Shown here in pieces: positions 12,045 through 21,979 of a stretch of 64,000 bases of DNA (positions within the stretch are counted from its first letter, which is position 1; each line of letters starts with the position of its first letter). The notes under the pieces are model-generated. The model saw nothing but the letters and a program-made list of their open reading frames with translations. It was not told the origin of the DNA and searched no databases. The DNA lies in assembly GCA_019509985.1 (NCBI GenBank), contig JAEKLF010000037.1:8127-72126 (forward strand). Reading direction: 5' to 3'. A program made the translations under genes and the position numbers. Source of the DNA: Burkholderiales bacterium. Lineage in GTDB: Bacteria > Pseudomonadota > Gammaproteobacteria > Burkholderiales > Burkholderiaceae_C.

Positions 12045-12715
12045 TGCGCGTGCTCGTGCTGGTGCTGCTGGTGGTGAACGTCCTCTTCTTCACCTGGTCG
12101 CGCGGCTGGCTGGATTTCGTCACCGGCGTGCCCGCCGAGGGTGGCCGCGAGCCGCAACGCGTCGGGGCCCAGCAGCGCCCGGAGCGCATCCAGCCGCTGG
12201 CCGCCAGCGCCGTCGCGGCCCTGGCCCAGCACAGCTGCCTGGAGCTGGGCCCGCTGGAGGGCGACGCGGCGCTGGCCGCCGCGCAGGCCGCGCTGAAGTC
12301 CGCGGGCGCCGAGGCGCAAGTGCGCAGCAGCGAGCAGCCGGGTCTGTGGGTCATCGCGACCATCAAGCTCGCCGACCCGGAGTTCCGCGCCCGCAAGGAA
12401 GAAACCTATCGCAGGATGCGCCTGAACTTCGAGCCGCTGGAAGGCCTGCCCGCCGAGCAGCCCGCCTTCGTGCTGGGCAAGTACCCGACGCAAGCCGAGG
12501 CGACGGCCGAAGCCGCGTCGCTGGACAGGCGCGGCCTCAAGGGCCTGCGCGTGCTGACGCTGAAGGCGCCGCAAAGCCGTCACAGCCTGGTCATCCCCCA
12601 GGCCGACGGCCTGCTCGCCGCCAGGCTCAAGGCCGCCAAAGATCCGGCACTGGCCGCCGGCTTCAAGGCCTGCAGCGCGGCGCCGGCCGCCTCGGCCGCT
12701 TCAGCCGCGGGCTGA
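12041..12715 (+). CDS. SPOR-domain membrane protein
   Basis: N-terminal TM (LLVVNVLFF), CLELGP segment; follows birA as in other Burkholderiales. Confidence 0.7.
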   Translation: MMRVLVLVLLVVNVLFFTWSRGWLDFVTGVPAEGGREPQRVGAQQRPERIQPLAASAVAALAQHSCLELGPLEGDAALAAAQAALKSAGAEAQVRSSEQPGLWVIATIKLADPEFRARKEETYRRMRLNFEPLEGLPAEQPAFVLGKYPTQAEATAEAASLDRRGLKGLRVLTLKAPQSRHSLVIPQADGLLAARLKAAKDPALAAGFKACSAAPAASAASAAG

Positions 12716-14746
12716 CCGCCGCAGCGCCAGCGCCGCCACCAGCAGCGCCGCCAGCCAGGCCGCGCTGGCCGCACCACCGCCACCGCCTCCGCCACCACCG
12801 CCCGGGGGCGGCGTGACGACCGCGGCCGTCACGGTGACCGTGGCCGGCTGGCTGTAGACCAGGCCGAGGTTGTCGGTGACGTCGGCGCGCACCGTGAAGC
12901 TGCCGGCGGCCGTCGGCGTGATGGTGGCCGTGGCCGTGTTCGCGCCGGATGCGAAGGCCGTGGCAATGCCGCCGCCGTCGACCAGCACCCAGGCCGTCGA
13001 AGCAACCGTGCGCCCACTGGCCAGGCCGGTGGCGGCTGCGGTCAGCGTCAGCGTCTGGCCGGCGATGAGGCCGCTGGCGGGAGACTGCGTGATGGCAACC
13101 GTCGCGGCATTCAGCGCCTGCGCCGCCTTCACCGCCGCGAACGCGTCCACCATGCCGGCACCGCAGGTGCTGGTCGTGCAATAGCACTCGTCCTGCGTGG
13201 CGGTGCTGGGCGCCGCGCAGATCGGCGGGTTGCCGTCGGCCGCGCTGCCGCCGCCGGTGGTGGGGAAGGGTCGCGCCGTCAGCTTGAGGATCTGCGTCGC
13301 CTCGACCGAGGTCAGCGTCGGCCGCACCGAGGCCATCAGGCCGACGATGCCGCTGACGATGGGCGCCGAGAAGCTGGTGCCCACCGAGGCCGCGCTGCCC
13401 GTGGTGGCCGCGTCGTTGGCGACCGGCGACGTGGTGCCGCTGTTGGTCGTGCTGACCATGGGATAGAGGCAGGGCTGCGAGCTCAGCGTGTTGATGCAGT
13501 TGCCGCCCGGCGCAGCGATGGTCACCTCGGTGCCGATGCTGGAGAAGCCGACCTTGGTGCCGACATGGCGCAGCGCCGCCACCGTGACGACGCCGGGACA
13601 GTTGCCCGGCAGGCCGACGGCCTGGCCTTCGGAGTTGCCGGCCGCAACGACGACGGTGGCGCCTGCCGCGTTGATTTGCGTGATGGTGTCGCGGTACAGG
13701 CCGCCGGTTCCCGTCGTGCCGCAGCTGCCGCTGCCGCCGAGGCTCAGGTTGAGCACCTTGGCCTTGTTGAGATTGGTCGGCAGGCCGGGCACGGCGATGC
13801 CGGCGGCCCACTTCATGCCGGCCATGATGTCGCTGTCATAGCCGCCGCATTTGCCGAGCACGCGCACCGGCAGGATCTTCAGTCCCCAGCCGACGCCGGC
13901 CATGCCCTGGCTGTTGTCGGTGTTGGCGGCGATCAGGCCGGACACGCGCGTGCCGTGCCAGGAGCTGTTGCCGATGTCGCCGGCGTCGCAGCCACTGCCC
14001 AGCGTGCCGCCGTTGATGTCGCTCTGGCTGACCCAGTCGCCAGGGTCGGAGGGGTCGGCATCGGCGCCGTTGCCATCGTTGGCGATGGCCGTGGACTGGT
14101 TGCCCGGGCTGCCGAAGCCGATCATGTCGTAGCCGGTGACGAACTTGCCGGCCAGGTCGGGGTGGTCCATGCGCACGCCGGTGTCGATGACGGCGACGAC
14201 GACGCTGGCTGAGCCGGTCGTCAGGTCCCACGCAGCCGGCGCGTTGATGCTGGAGACGACCTGGCCCGGTGTGCTGCTCGGGGCTTTCAGATACCACTGA
14301 TCGATGACGCGGGCGGGGATGCCGCCGGAGGTGGTCTCCGGGTTCACGGCCGCGCCGCCGAACAGCGGGTCATTGGGTAGAGCCAAGCGCTTGCGGCGCT
14401 GGTCCACGGCGACGAATTCGACCTCCGGGTCCGCCGCCAGCCGCTGCGCCAGCTGGGCGCCCGTCAGGCCGCGTGCCGTCACGACGTGGGTGCGCTCGTC
14501 CAGGCTGAGGCCGGCCGACAGCGGCTGGCCGGTGCGCAGGCCCAGGGCGGTGGCGCGCGTCTGCCCGATCAGCCGCGCCTCGGAACGCGTCGAGCGCAGT
14601 GCCAGGGCCTTGGCGCGCACGCTGTCGGCCTGCGGTTTGAAGCGCACGATGACCCGGCCTTCGGGTTCCGCCTGGGCCTGAGCCAGCGCGGGCGCTGCCA
14701 GCACGGTGGCGACGAGGGCAATCAGCAGCGGGCGCAGAGGCTTCAT
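12701..14746 (-). CDS. S8 subtilisin-like serine peptidase with C-terminal GlyGly-CTERM sorting signal
   Basis: Triad motifs VAVIDTG, HGTRVSG, GTSFSAP; signal peptide and prodomain; ends PPPGGGGGGGGGGAASAAWLAALLVAALALRRSARG. Confidence 0.92.
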   Translation of the reverse strand: MKPLRPLLIALVATVLAAPALAQAQAEPEGRVIVRFKPQADSVRAKALALRSTRSEARLIGQTRATALGLRTGQPLSAGLSLDERTHVVTARGLTGAQLAQRLAADPEVEFVAVDQRRKRLALPNDPLFGGAAVNPETTSGGIPARVIDQWYLKAPSSTPGQVVSSINAPAAWDLTTGSASVVVAVIDTGVRMDHPDLAGKFVTGYDMIGFGSPGNQSTAIANDGNGADADPSDPGDWVSQSDINGGTLGSGCDAGDIGNSSWHGTRVSGLIAANTDNSQGMAGVGWGLKILPVRVLGKCGGYDSDIMAGMKWAAGIAVPGLPTNLNKAKVLNLSLGGSGSCGTTGTGGLYRDTITQINAAGATVVVAAGNSEGQAVGLPGNCPGVVTVAALRHVGTKVGFSSIGTEVTIAAPGGNCINTLSSQPCLYPMVSTTNSGTTSPVANDAATTGSAASVGTSFSAPIVSGIVGLMASVRPTLTSVEATQILKLTARPFPTTGGGSAADGNPPICAAPSTATQDECYCTTSTCGAGMVDAFAAVKAAQALNAATVAITQSPASGLIAGQTLTLTAAATGLASGRTVASTAWVLVDGGGIATAFASGANTATATITPTAAGSFTVRADVTDNLGLVYSQPATVTVTAAVVTPPPGGGGGGGGGGAASAAWLAALLVAALALRRSARG

Positions 14747-14843
14747 GGCGGGGATTCGTGCGGTGCAGGGCTGGCCAGTTTAGGCGTCAGGCCGGCACAA
14801 ATTCGCTGCCAGATGTGAGTCGCAAGTGCCGCGCAAGCCTGGC

Positions 14844-16340
14844 TCAGCGGCCCAGCGGAGCCAGGGCCGCCAGCCGGCCGAGTTCGGCGCTCACCTGGTT
14901 GCGGGCCTCGGCCAGCCGGGCCGTCAGCCAGCCGACGGCGAACCAGGCGGCCGGGTCGCTGGCCACGAGCTGCTGATAGCGCTGGCGGGCGACGACCAGG
15001 TCGTTGATTTCGCCCAGGCCCTGCTGGGCCGCGGCCAGCGCCTGCAGGTGGCGGGCGGCGCGTTTGCGCGGCAGCAGCGGCGCGAAGAATTCGAGGGCGT
15101 AGCGCTGGCGCTTCACGTGCTTGCGCAGCGCGTGCACGGCGGCCTCATCGAGCTCGTCGAAACGCCGGCAGCTCTGCGCGATGTCGCGCTGCCAGCGGCG
15201 CAGGCGGCGGCGGGCCAGCCGCTTCAGGTCGTCCTGCGCCCCGGGCCGGGCCTGGAGGCCGGCACGCCAGGTGATCCAGGCCAGCAGCAGGCGCTGCGTC
15301 TCGGGGGCCCGGATCAGCACGCCGGGATCTGGCGCTTCGGCGGCGGGCGGCAGGGACAGTGGTGGCGCTCCGGCGCGCGCAAGTTCGGTGGCGACACCGC
15401 CGCCCAGCACATCGCGGTCGCGCACTTGGCCAAGGGCGGCGAACAGGCTGCGCAGCCCGTCGACCAGCTCGGCGGGCGGCTCGGCCACCCAGTCGCGAAA
15501 GGCGCGCAGCGCGCTGCGCAGCCGCCGGATGCCGACGCGCAGCTGGTGCACATGCTCGGACTGCCGCGCCGGGGCAGCTTGCGCCGATTCAGCCAGGCCG
15601 ATGGCGTTGCGGCTGATGTGGGCCAGGCACTCGTCGACGACGGCACCCAAGGCCTGCAGCGCGCTCGCGTCGGCCTCGTAGCGGGGCTGGGCCGCCTTGC
15701 GCAGCGGCGGATCGGGCTCGCCGGATGCCAGCCGGTGGCCGCGCTCAGCCTTGTTGCGCGGGTCGTAGACGAGGCCGAAGCGCTGGCGCCAGCGCTCGAC
15801 CAGGGCCAGCATGGCCACCGGCGAGCCGGACACCAGCTCGAACTCGACCTCGCGCAGGCGCAGCACGGTCGGGCCCGCCTGCAGCCGGCCTTCGTCGAGC
15901 GCAATCTCGACGACGGCGCCGCGCGTGCGCACGCGGCGCACCAGCCGGCGCACCTGCGTCTGGAAGCGCACGCCGGCCTCCTGGCCGTCCTCGCGCGCCG
16001 CGTGCAGCAAGGCCTGCAGCTCGCGGCCGGGTGCCGTGTCGGCATGGGCGCTCGGGTCGGGGCTGGCGTCGGGCCGCACGACCTCGTGCTCGAAGCGCTC
16101 CAGCGCGCCGGCGCGCGCGGCCTTCAGCGCCTGCACCCAGCGCCCGCCTTCGCGACGCATGCGCCAGGCGAGGCCGGCGCGGGCGAGGCGCAGGTCCGGC
16201 GTATCGAGGTAGGCGGCGGTCAGCCAGACGCGCCGCGGGCTGCCACGCCCCGCCAGCTCGGCCGCCAGCGCGGCACGGCTGGCCGCCGGCACGAGGAACT
16301 TCACCTCGATCTCGGCGTGGGCGGCGGTCAAGGGATTCAA
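14844..16340 (-). CDS. CYTH and CHAD domain protein
   Basis: EIEVKF CYTH motif, EVEFEL; HQLRVGIRRLRS and RKHVKRQRYALEFF CHAD motifs; TTG start uncertain (16340 or 16331). Confidence 0.85.
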   Translation of the reverse strand: MNPLTAAHAEIEVKFLVPAASRAALAAELAGRGSPRRVWLTAAYLDTPDLRLARAGLAWRMRREGGRWVQALKAARAGALERFEHEVVRPDASPDPSAHADTAPGRELQALLHAAREDGQEAGVRFQTQVRRLVRRVRTRGAVVEIALDEGRLQAGPTVLRLREVEFELVSGSPVAMLALVERWRQRFGLVYDPRNKAERGHRLASGEPDPPLRKAAQPRYEADASALQALGAVVDECLAHISRNAIGLAESAQAAPARQSEHVHQLRVGIRRLRSALRAFRDWVAEPPAELVDGLRSLFAALGQVRDRDVLGGGVATELARAGAPPLSLPPAAEAPDPGVLIRAPETQRLLLAWITWRAGLQARPGAQDDLKRLARRRLRRWQRDIAQSCRRFDELDEAAVHALRKHVKRQRYALEFFAPLLPRKRAARHLQALAAAQQGLGEINDLVVARQRYQQLVASDPAAWFAVGWLTARLAEARNQVSAELGRLAALAPLGR

Positions 16341-17005
16341 TTCTCGGCGCGGTTGGCTGCCAGCGACCGTTCCTGGTCGGCCTTGCGGTCGGCCACCACG
16401 CGGGCGGCGGTCGGGCGCTCGCCGACCAGCTTGGCATAGGGCTTCCAATCCACGCCGGCGGCCACGAGGAAGTCCTCGCCGTAGATGGCCTTGGTGGCCA
16501 TCGCGACCAGCGGCAGGCTGACCCAGCCGGCGCAGTCGGCCATCGTGAACGTATCGCCCGCCAGGTAGGGACTGAACTTGGCCAGGCGCTTGAAGGCCTG
16601 GATGTTCTCGGGCAGCACGCGGGCGACGCGCTTCTTCGTGCCGTCGCTGACCTGGCCGCCGAAGAAAGCCTCGGCATACAGCTCGCGCGCGACCAGCTCC
16701 AGGTGCAGATCCACGTAGGTGATCAGTTCGCGCACCTTGGCGGCCTGGTAGGGATCGGCGGGGATGAGCCGCGGCGTGTCGGGATAGGCGGCCTCGAGGT
16801 AGTCGACGATGACCTGGCTCTCGCACAGCGCGCCGTGCGGCGTCTTGATGAAGGGCACCTTGCCCAGCGGCGAGCAGCTCAGCACGGCCTCATCGTGGCA
16901 ATGCGTCTCGACGCGTTCCTCGGTGAAGGGGATGCCTTTTTCCAGCAGGGCCAGCTTGGCCTTGTTGTAGTAGTTCGAGAGCGGGATGCCGCAGAGGGTG
17001 ATCAT
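16337..17005 (-). CDS. Glutathione S-transferase
   Basis: MITLCGIPLSNYYNK, SPLGKVPFI, LCESQVIVDYL, FTMADC. Confidence 0.9.
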   Translation of the reverse strand: MITLCGIPLSNYYNKAKLALLEKGIPFTEERVETHCHDEAVLSCSPLGKVPFIKTPHGALCESQVIVDYLEAAYPDTPRLIPADPYQAAKVRELITYVDLHLELVARELYAEAFFGGQVSDGTKKRVARVLPENIQAFKRLAKFSPYLAGDTFTMADCAGWVSLPLVAMATKAIYGEDFLVAAGVDWKPYAKLVGERPTAARVVADRKADQERSLAANRAEN

Positions 17006-17216
17006 GGATGTCTCCTGGGTGAAGGCCGCCAGTCTATGTAGGGTCACCTGCCCCGGCCTAGCGCAACCGCGACATCGCGGCCTCATCACATGACCACAAA
17101 GCTGTGGATGCCACCGCGCCTGGCTGCCGCTAAGGTGTATCGCAAGACAAGCGCGAAGCCTCGGAAGACGGTTCAACCCGCAGCCGGACGCATTGGGAGC
17201 CTAAGGAGGAGGAGCC

Positions 17217-19265
17217 ATGAACAGGCGGAATCGTTGGACCCAGGGTGGGCGCTGGCCGCGCCGGCTGGCGATAGCGGCGGCAGCCGGCATCGTCGCCGGT
17301 TGTGCTTTCTTCGACCCCTATGTCGGCATGCCGGCGGCACCGCCCGAGGGCTGGGACAAGGTGGGGGTGCGCTTCGCCGGCGATGCGGACCGGGAGATTG
17401 CACGCGTCGAAGCCGTGCGGCAGGACTACCTGTCGCGCATGCAGCAGATGGGCCGCACCAAGGCGACCATCGCGACCGGCGCGACGCTGCTGTCGGGCTG
17501 GGCGCTATACAACGCACTCAAACCCAATGAGCCTGCCGTCACCGAGACACCCATCGGCGACAAGCGCCGCACCGTGCGCCTGGGCGCGACGATCGCCACG
17601 GCCTACGGCCTGAGCGAGTACGCGCTCAACAAGGAGCAGGAGTCAGCCTACAACGTCGGCTACCAGTACCTGACCTGCCTGCTGCGGCAGTCGGCACCGC
17701 TGCTGATGCCGGCCGATCCCATCAGGGGCTCGAACGAGACCCGGCCCGACAGCGTCGTGGACCTGAGAAAGGCCCTCGACACACTGTCGCTGGGCATCCT
17801 CGATCTGAACCAGTTCGTCGCGTCCGCCAAGATCGGCCAGGCCGAAGGCAGCGCGGCGATGGTGCAGAGCGTTGCCGAAGAGGCGTCGACCCTGATCGCG
17901 GCCAACTCGGCCTTGCCCGACAAGGCCGCCAAGGGCCAAGTGGTCAAGAAGCTCAGCCCCGAGGAGCTGTCGGCCGCCATCGGCAAGCTCAAGGTCAAGC
18001 CGCCGCCGGGCGTCGTGAACCGCGCCGGCCTGGACCAGACCCTCAAGGACGCCGAGAAGGCGCTGGCCTATGCACGCAACGCACTGGCCGACGGCGAGGC
18101 CCTGCTGAAGGCAGTCGGAGGGTCGGGCCGCGAGATCGGCGAGCGCGCCCACGCCATCGTCGCCACCGTCAACGACCTCGTCCGCAAGGCCCAGCCCGAC
18201 CTGAAGGCCGCCGACGCGTCCCTGAGCAAGGCCCAGGACATCGCGTCGGGCTTCCTGAAGATCGGCGTCGAGACCGCGAAGGATCAGGCCGAGTCGAACG
18301 GCGGCGCCAGCACGAATACCAGTGCGCTGCCGCCGGATCTGCGCGGCACGACGGTCGCCGCAGCTCCGCCGATGCTGCGCTTCCCGGCGCTGGGCGGGGC
18401 GGGTGTGTCCCTCTTCGGCGGGTCGCTGGCGGCGGTCATGCTGGCCGAAGCCGCGGCCGGCGCAGCCGTCAAATCCCCCGAGCCCGCCGTATCCGGCGTG
18501 CAGAAACCCGCCGACGACCTGAAGAAGAAGGAAGCCCCCCAGCCGGTCAGGCCGGCCAAGCCCAAGGCCGCGCCGGCCACGTTGACCGTCGACGAACTAC
18601 AAAAACTCAGCGACGCAATGGAGGCGACGCTGAAACAAGCCAGGCAGCGACAGGCCGATGAGGCACAGGCCAAGCTCGTCGGCGGCTATGTCAGCAAGCT
18701 CGACGAGCTGACCAAGCTCAAGGACGCCTGTGTCGGCCGCCAGCATGCACTGCGCGACCGCCGGATGACGATGGTGGACCGCTGTGATGCCGATGAACTC
18801 GCGCGGATGGTCGAGGACGTCTACGCGGCACGCCGGCCGGTGGTCGCGACGGTGCTGCATTTCCGCAGCCAGGCCAAGGCCGTGCGCCGCGTCACGGGCT
18901 GCCCGTCCGAGCAAGGCGTGCAGGTCACGCCCAACGAGACCGTCATCGCTCACGCGGGCGACAGTGTGAGCTTTGTCGTGACCCAGCCCGGCGCCGGTGT
19001 GCCGGTGGCGATGCTGCAAGGCGCGCAGAGCGACGACCTGGCGACGCTGAAGACCGATTCCCTCGGCACCGCGGGCCTGAAGGCCGGCATCAAGTTCGGC
19101 GACAAGGCCAAGGGGCGCTACACGCTGCTGGCCACGAACTCGACCGGCGAGTTCAGCGAAAGCGTGCTCATCGTCGTCAAGGCCGCGCCGGCTGACGATA
19201 AGAAGAAGAATGACGACACGGCCGACAAGCCCAAGCCGGCTGCATCGGCCGCGGGGAATCCGTGA
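17217..19265 (+). CDS. Hypothetical 682-aa lipoprotein
   Basis: Strong RBS (AAGGAGGAGG); lipobox IVAGC; in-frame codon usage resembles real genes; no recognisable family motif. Confidence 0.7.
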   Translation: MNRRNRWTQGGRWPRRLAIAAAAGIVAGCAFFDPYVGMPAAPPEGWDKVGVRFAGDADREIARVEAVRQDYLSRMQQMGRTKATIATGATLLSGWALYNALKPNEPAVTETPIGDKRRTVRLGATIATAYGLSEYALNKEQESAYNVGYQYLTCLLRQSAPLLMPADPIRGSNETRPDSVVDLRKALDTLSLGILDLNQFVASAKIGQAEGSAAMVQSVAEEASTLIAANSALPDKAAKGQVVKKLSPEELSAAIGKLKVKPPPGVVNRAGLDQTLKDAEKALAYARNALADGEALLKAVGGSGREIGERAHAIVATVNDLVRKAQPDLKAADASLSKAQDIASGFLKIGVETAKDQAESNGGASTNTSALPPDLRGTTVAAAPPMLRFPALGGAGVSLFGGSLAAVMLAEAAAGAAVKSPEPAVSGVQKPADDLKKKEAPQPVRPAKPKAAPATLTVDELQKLSDAMEATLKQARQRQADEAQAKLVGGYVSKLDELTKLKDACVGRQHALRDRRMTMVDRCDADELARMVEDVYAARRPVVATVLHFRSQAKAVRRVTGCPSEQGVQVTPNETVIAHAGDSVSFVVTQPGAGVPVAMLQGAQSDDLATLKTDSLGTAGLKAGIKFGDKAKGRYTLLATNSTGEFSESVLIVVKAAPADDKKKNDDTADKPKPAASAAGNP

Positions 19266-19280
19266 GGGAGGCTGGCGGCG

Positions 19281-20171
19281 TCAACGGTTCACGAGCACGA
19301 TGCCGGCCGCCAGCGCCGCCAGTGCCGCGACCAGCCGCGGGCTGATGCCCTCGCCGAGCAGCAGCGCGCCAGCCAGCAGGCCGAACAGCGGCGTGCTCAG
19401 CGTGAAGACGGCGAGCTTGGTGGCCGCGTAGTGGCGGATCAGCCAGAACCAGGCCAGGTAGCTGGCGAAGGACACGATGACGGCCTGGAAGCCGAACAGC
19501 CCCAGGAGCCGCGGCGACCAGTGCAGCGGCAGCGGCTCGCCTGCGAACATGGCCGCGGCGCACAGCGCGATGGCCGACACACCGAGCTGGTAAAGCAGCG
19601 TCTTCTCGGCCGGCGCCGAGCTGAGCTTGGTGCCGCGGATGGCCAGCGTCGTGCCGCCCCACAGCATGGCCGCGGCCACACCGAGCGCGTCGCCCCACCA
19701 CTGCGTCGGACTGCTGGCGGAGAAGCCCTCGGCGAATGCGAAGGCCACGGCGCCGAAGGCCAGCACGAGGCCGGCCCATTGCCCGGCCGACAGCTTCTCG
19801 CCGTGCGCGATCCACGGCATGCCCAGGGCGACGACGAAGGGCGACAGGTAGATGAACACCACCATGCGTGAGGCGCTGGTGTACTGCAGGCCGACGAAGA
19901 TGCAGGCGAACTCGGCCGCGAACAGCGCGCCGGCCAGCAGGCCGCCCCACAGGCTGGCGTCGCGCTCAAACAGCCGCACGCCGCGCGACACCGACCACAG
20001 CCACACCAGCACACCGGCCACCGCCGAGCGCAGCCCCGCCTGCCACAGCGGCGAGATCTCCGTCAGCGCGGCCTTGGCGGCCACCTGGTTGATGCCCCAC
20101 AGGAAGCAGCAGAGCAGCAGCAGCGTGATAGCGAGAGGGTCGAGATGGGTCTGTCGAGTCTGGGCGTTCAT
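19281..20171 (-). CDS. DMT/EamA family transporter
   Basis: LWGINQVAAK, GLQYTSASR, YLSPFVVAL, LLLGEGI; two EamA repeats. Confidence 0.88.
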   Translation of the reverse strand: MNAQTRQTHLDPLAITLLLLCCFLWGINQVAAKAALTEISPLWQAGLRSAVAGVLVWLWSVSRGVRLFERDASLWGGLLAGALFAAEFACIFVGLQYTSASRMVVFIYLSPFVVALGMPWIAHGEKLSAGQWAGLVLAFGAVAFAFAEGFSASSPTQWWGDALGVAAAMLWGGTTLAIRGTKLSSAPAEKTLLYQLGVSAIALCAAAMFAGEPLPLHWSPRLLGLFGFQAVIVSFASYLAWFWLIRHYAATKLAVFTLSTPLFGLLAGALLLGEGISPRLVAALAALAAGIVLVNR

Positions 20172-20189
20172 GGCCTCTATGCTGCCAGC

Positions 20190-21347
20190 ATGTTTCAAGT
20201 GACCATGATCGGCGGCGGCGTGATGGGCGCCGCGACGGCCTGCTTCCTGGCCCGGGACCATGGCGCCGCGGTGACCATCATCGAGCGCGATCCGTCGTAT
20301 GCGCGAGCGTCGAGCTCGCTGTCGCTGAGTTCCATCCGCCAGCAGTTTTCGCAGCCGGTCAACATGGCCTTGTCGAGATGGAGCATCGACTTCCTGCGCC
20401 GCGCCGCGGACGAGCTGGCCGTGCCCGACGATCGGCCCGCCATCGGCCTGGTCGAGCCGGGCTATCTCTATCTCGCCACCGAGGCCGGCGCGGCGACGCT
20501 GCGTGAAGTGCATGCGCTGCAGCGAGCCGAGGGCGTGGACGTCGCGCTGCTGAGCCCGGCCGAACTGGCCGCGCGCTTCCCCTGGCTGGCCGTGGACGAC
20601 CTGGCGCTGGGTTCGCTGGGCCTGAGCGGCGAGGGCTGGTTCGACGGCCCGGCGCTGCATCGCGCCTTCCGGCGCAAGGCCATGGCCTGCGGCGCGCGCT
20701 TCGTCACGGCGGATGCGCTGGGCTTCGAAACCTCCGGCGACCGCGTGACCGGCGTGCGCTGCGCGGACGGCACGCGCGTGGCCGGCGACGCCTTCGTCAT
20801 CGCCGCCGGCGCCTGGAGCGCGCCGCTCGGCGCGGCCCTCGGCTTCACGCTGCCCGTCAGCGCCAAGAAGCGCGATGTCTTCGTGCTGGAGACGCCGGCC
20901 GCTCTGCCCGGCTGCCCGCTGGTCATCGACCCGAGCGGCTTCTGGTTTCGCACCGAGGGCTCATTGATCCTGGCCGGCGGACCGCCGCGTGGCGACGACG
21001 TCGACGACGCACCGCTGGACCGGATCGATCACGGCCTCTTCGACGACCAGCTCTGGCCGACGCTGGCCGCGCGCGTGCCGGCACTGGAGGCGCTGCGCCT
21101 GCGCTCGGCCTGGGCCGGCTATTACGAGATGAACGCCTTCGACCACAACGGTCTGGCCGGCCGCCTGCCGGGCTGGGCCAACGCCTTCACGGCCTGCGGC
21201 TTCTCGGGCCATGGCATGCAGCAGGCGCCGGCGGTGGGCCATTCGATGGCGCGGCTGATCGCGGGTCTGGACGCGCCGCTGATCGACGCGCTGACACCGC
21301 AGCGGCTGCTGCACGGCCGGCCCCTCATCGAGGCCAACGTCATCTAG
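20190..21347 (+). CDS. FAD-dependent oxidoreductase (DAO/sarcosine oxidase-like)
   Basis: IGGGVMG Rossmann motif, IAAGAWS, WAGYYEMN...DHNG, GFSGHGMQQAPAVG. Confidence 0.88.
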   Translation: MFQVTMIGGGVMGAATACFLARDHGAAVTIIERDPSYARASSSLSLSSIRQQFSQPVNMALSRWSIDFLRRAADELAVPDDRPAIGLVEPGYLYLATEAGAATLREVHALQRAEGVDVALLSPAELAARFPWLAVDDLALGSLGLSGEGWFDGPALHRAFRRKAMACGARFVTADALGFETSGDRVTGVRCADGTRVAGDAFVIAAGAWSAPLGAALGFTLPVSAKKRDVFVLETPAALPGCPLVIDPSGFWFRTEGSLILAGGPPRGDDVDDAPLDRIDHGLFDDQLWPTLAARVPALEALRLRSAWAGYYEMNAFDHNGLAGRLPGWANAFTACGFSGHGMQQAPAVGHSMARLIAGLDAPLIDALTPQRLLHGRPLIEANVI

Positions 21348-21979
21348 CGATTGCGCACGCGCTTCTTGGCCGGCGGCTGGGTCAGCACATAGCGCGTCGC
21401 CGTCAACCGGTCCGACACCGCGCTGCTCTTGTTGTCCACATAGCCCCAGCCGCGCATCGCCGTGCGCACTTCGGCGTCCGACGGGCTGGCGTCGGGACCC
21501 TTGGGATGCACGACCCAGACGGTCTTGCAGATCATGTCCGCATGGAACTCGGCCATGCGAGGCAGCTCGGACGCCTTGCTCAACACGGCCACCAGCATGC
21601 GCGCCTCGCGCACATTGGTTGTGATGCCGCCGGCCAGCGCCTCGGCCAGCGCCGGGTCCAGCGGGCCGACGGTGGGACCGATCAGCAGCGCCGGGTTCTC
21701 CGCGCTGACGCCCAGCTTGGCGGCCAGCGTGGGCGGCGGTGTCTGCAGCTTCTTCAACCACTTCGGAGCTTCCTTCTCGCCCAGCACCAGCGCAACGGCC
21801 TCGTCGGCCACGTCGAACTTCAGCGCCTCGCCATCGACGCGCAGGTTCTGCAGCGCGGCGATGTCCCACTTGCGCTTGATCTCGCCGCGCAACACGACGG
21901 TGGTCGACTCGAGCAGGGCCGTCGCGTCCTCGGCGGTCTCGGTGCCCACGCGGGCGGTGCAACTGGCTTCACGTCCCAT
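21344..21979 (-). CDS. Hypothetical protein
   Basis: Fills the gap between convergent genes; start overlaps the rhombosortase stop; WVVHPKG...GYVDNKSSAVS segment. Confidence 0.65.
   Translation of the reverse strand: MGREASCTARVGTETAEDATALLESTTVVLRGEIKRKWDIAALQNLRVDGEALKFDVADEAVALVLGEKEAPKWLKKLQTPPPTLAAKLGVSAENPALLIGPTVGPLDPALAEALAGGITTNVREARMLVAVLSKASELPRMAEFHADMICKTVWVVHPKGPDASPSDAEVRTAMRGWGYVDNKSSAVSDRLTATRYVLTQPPAKKRVRNR

Noticed and set aside
8115-12715. SET-domain methyltransferase beside topB and birA as a novelty
   Set aside because: To my knowledge this order is common in Burkholderiales, so it is treated as core synteny
12716-12812. GCC/CCA-rich repeats as a separate repeat element
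   Set aside because: They encode the Gly/Ala-rich C-terminal sorting signal of the S8 protease on the minus strand
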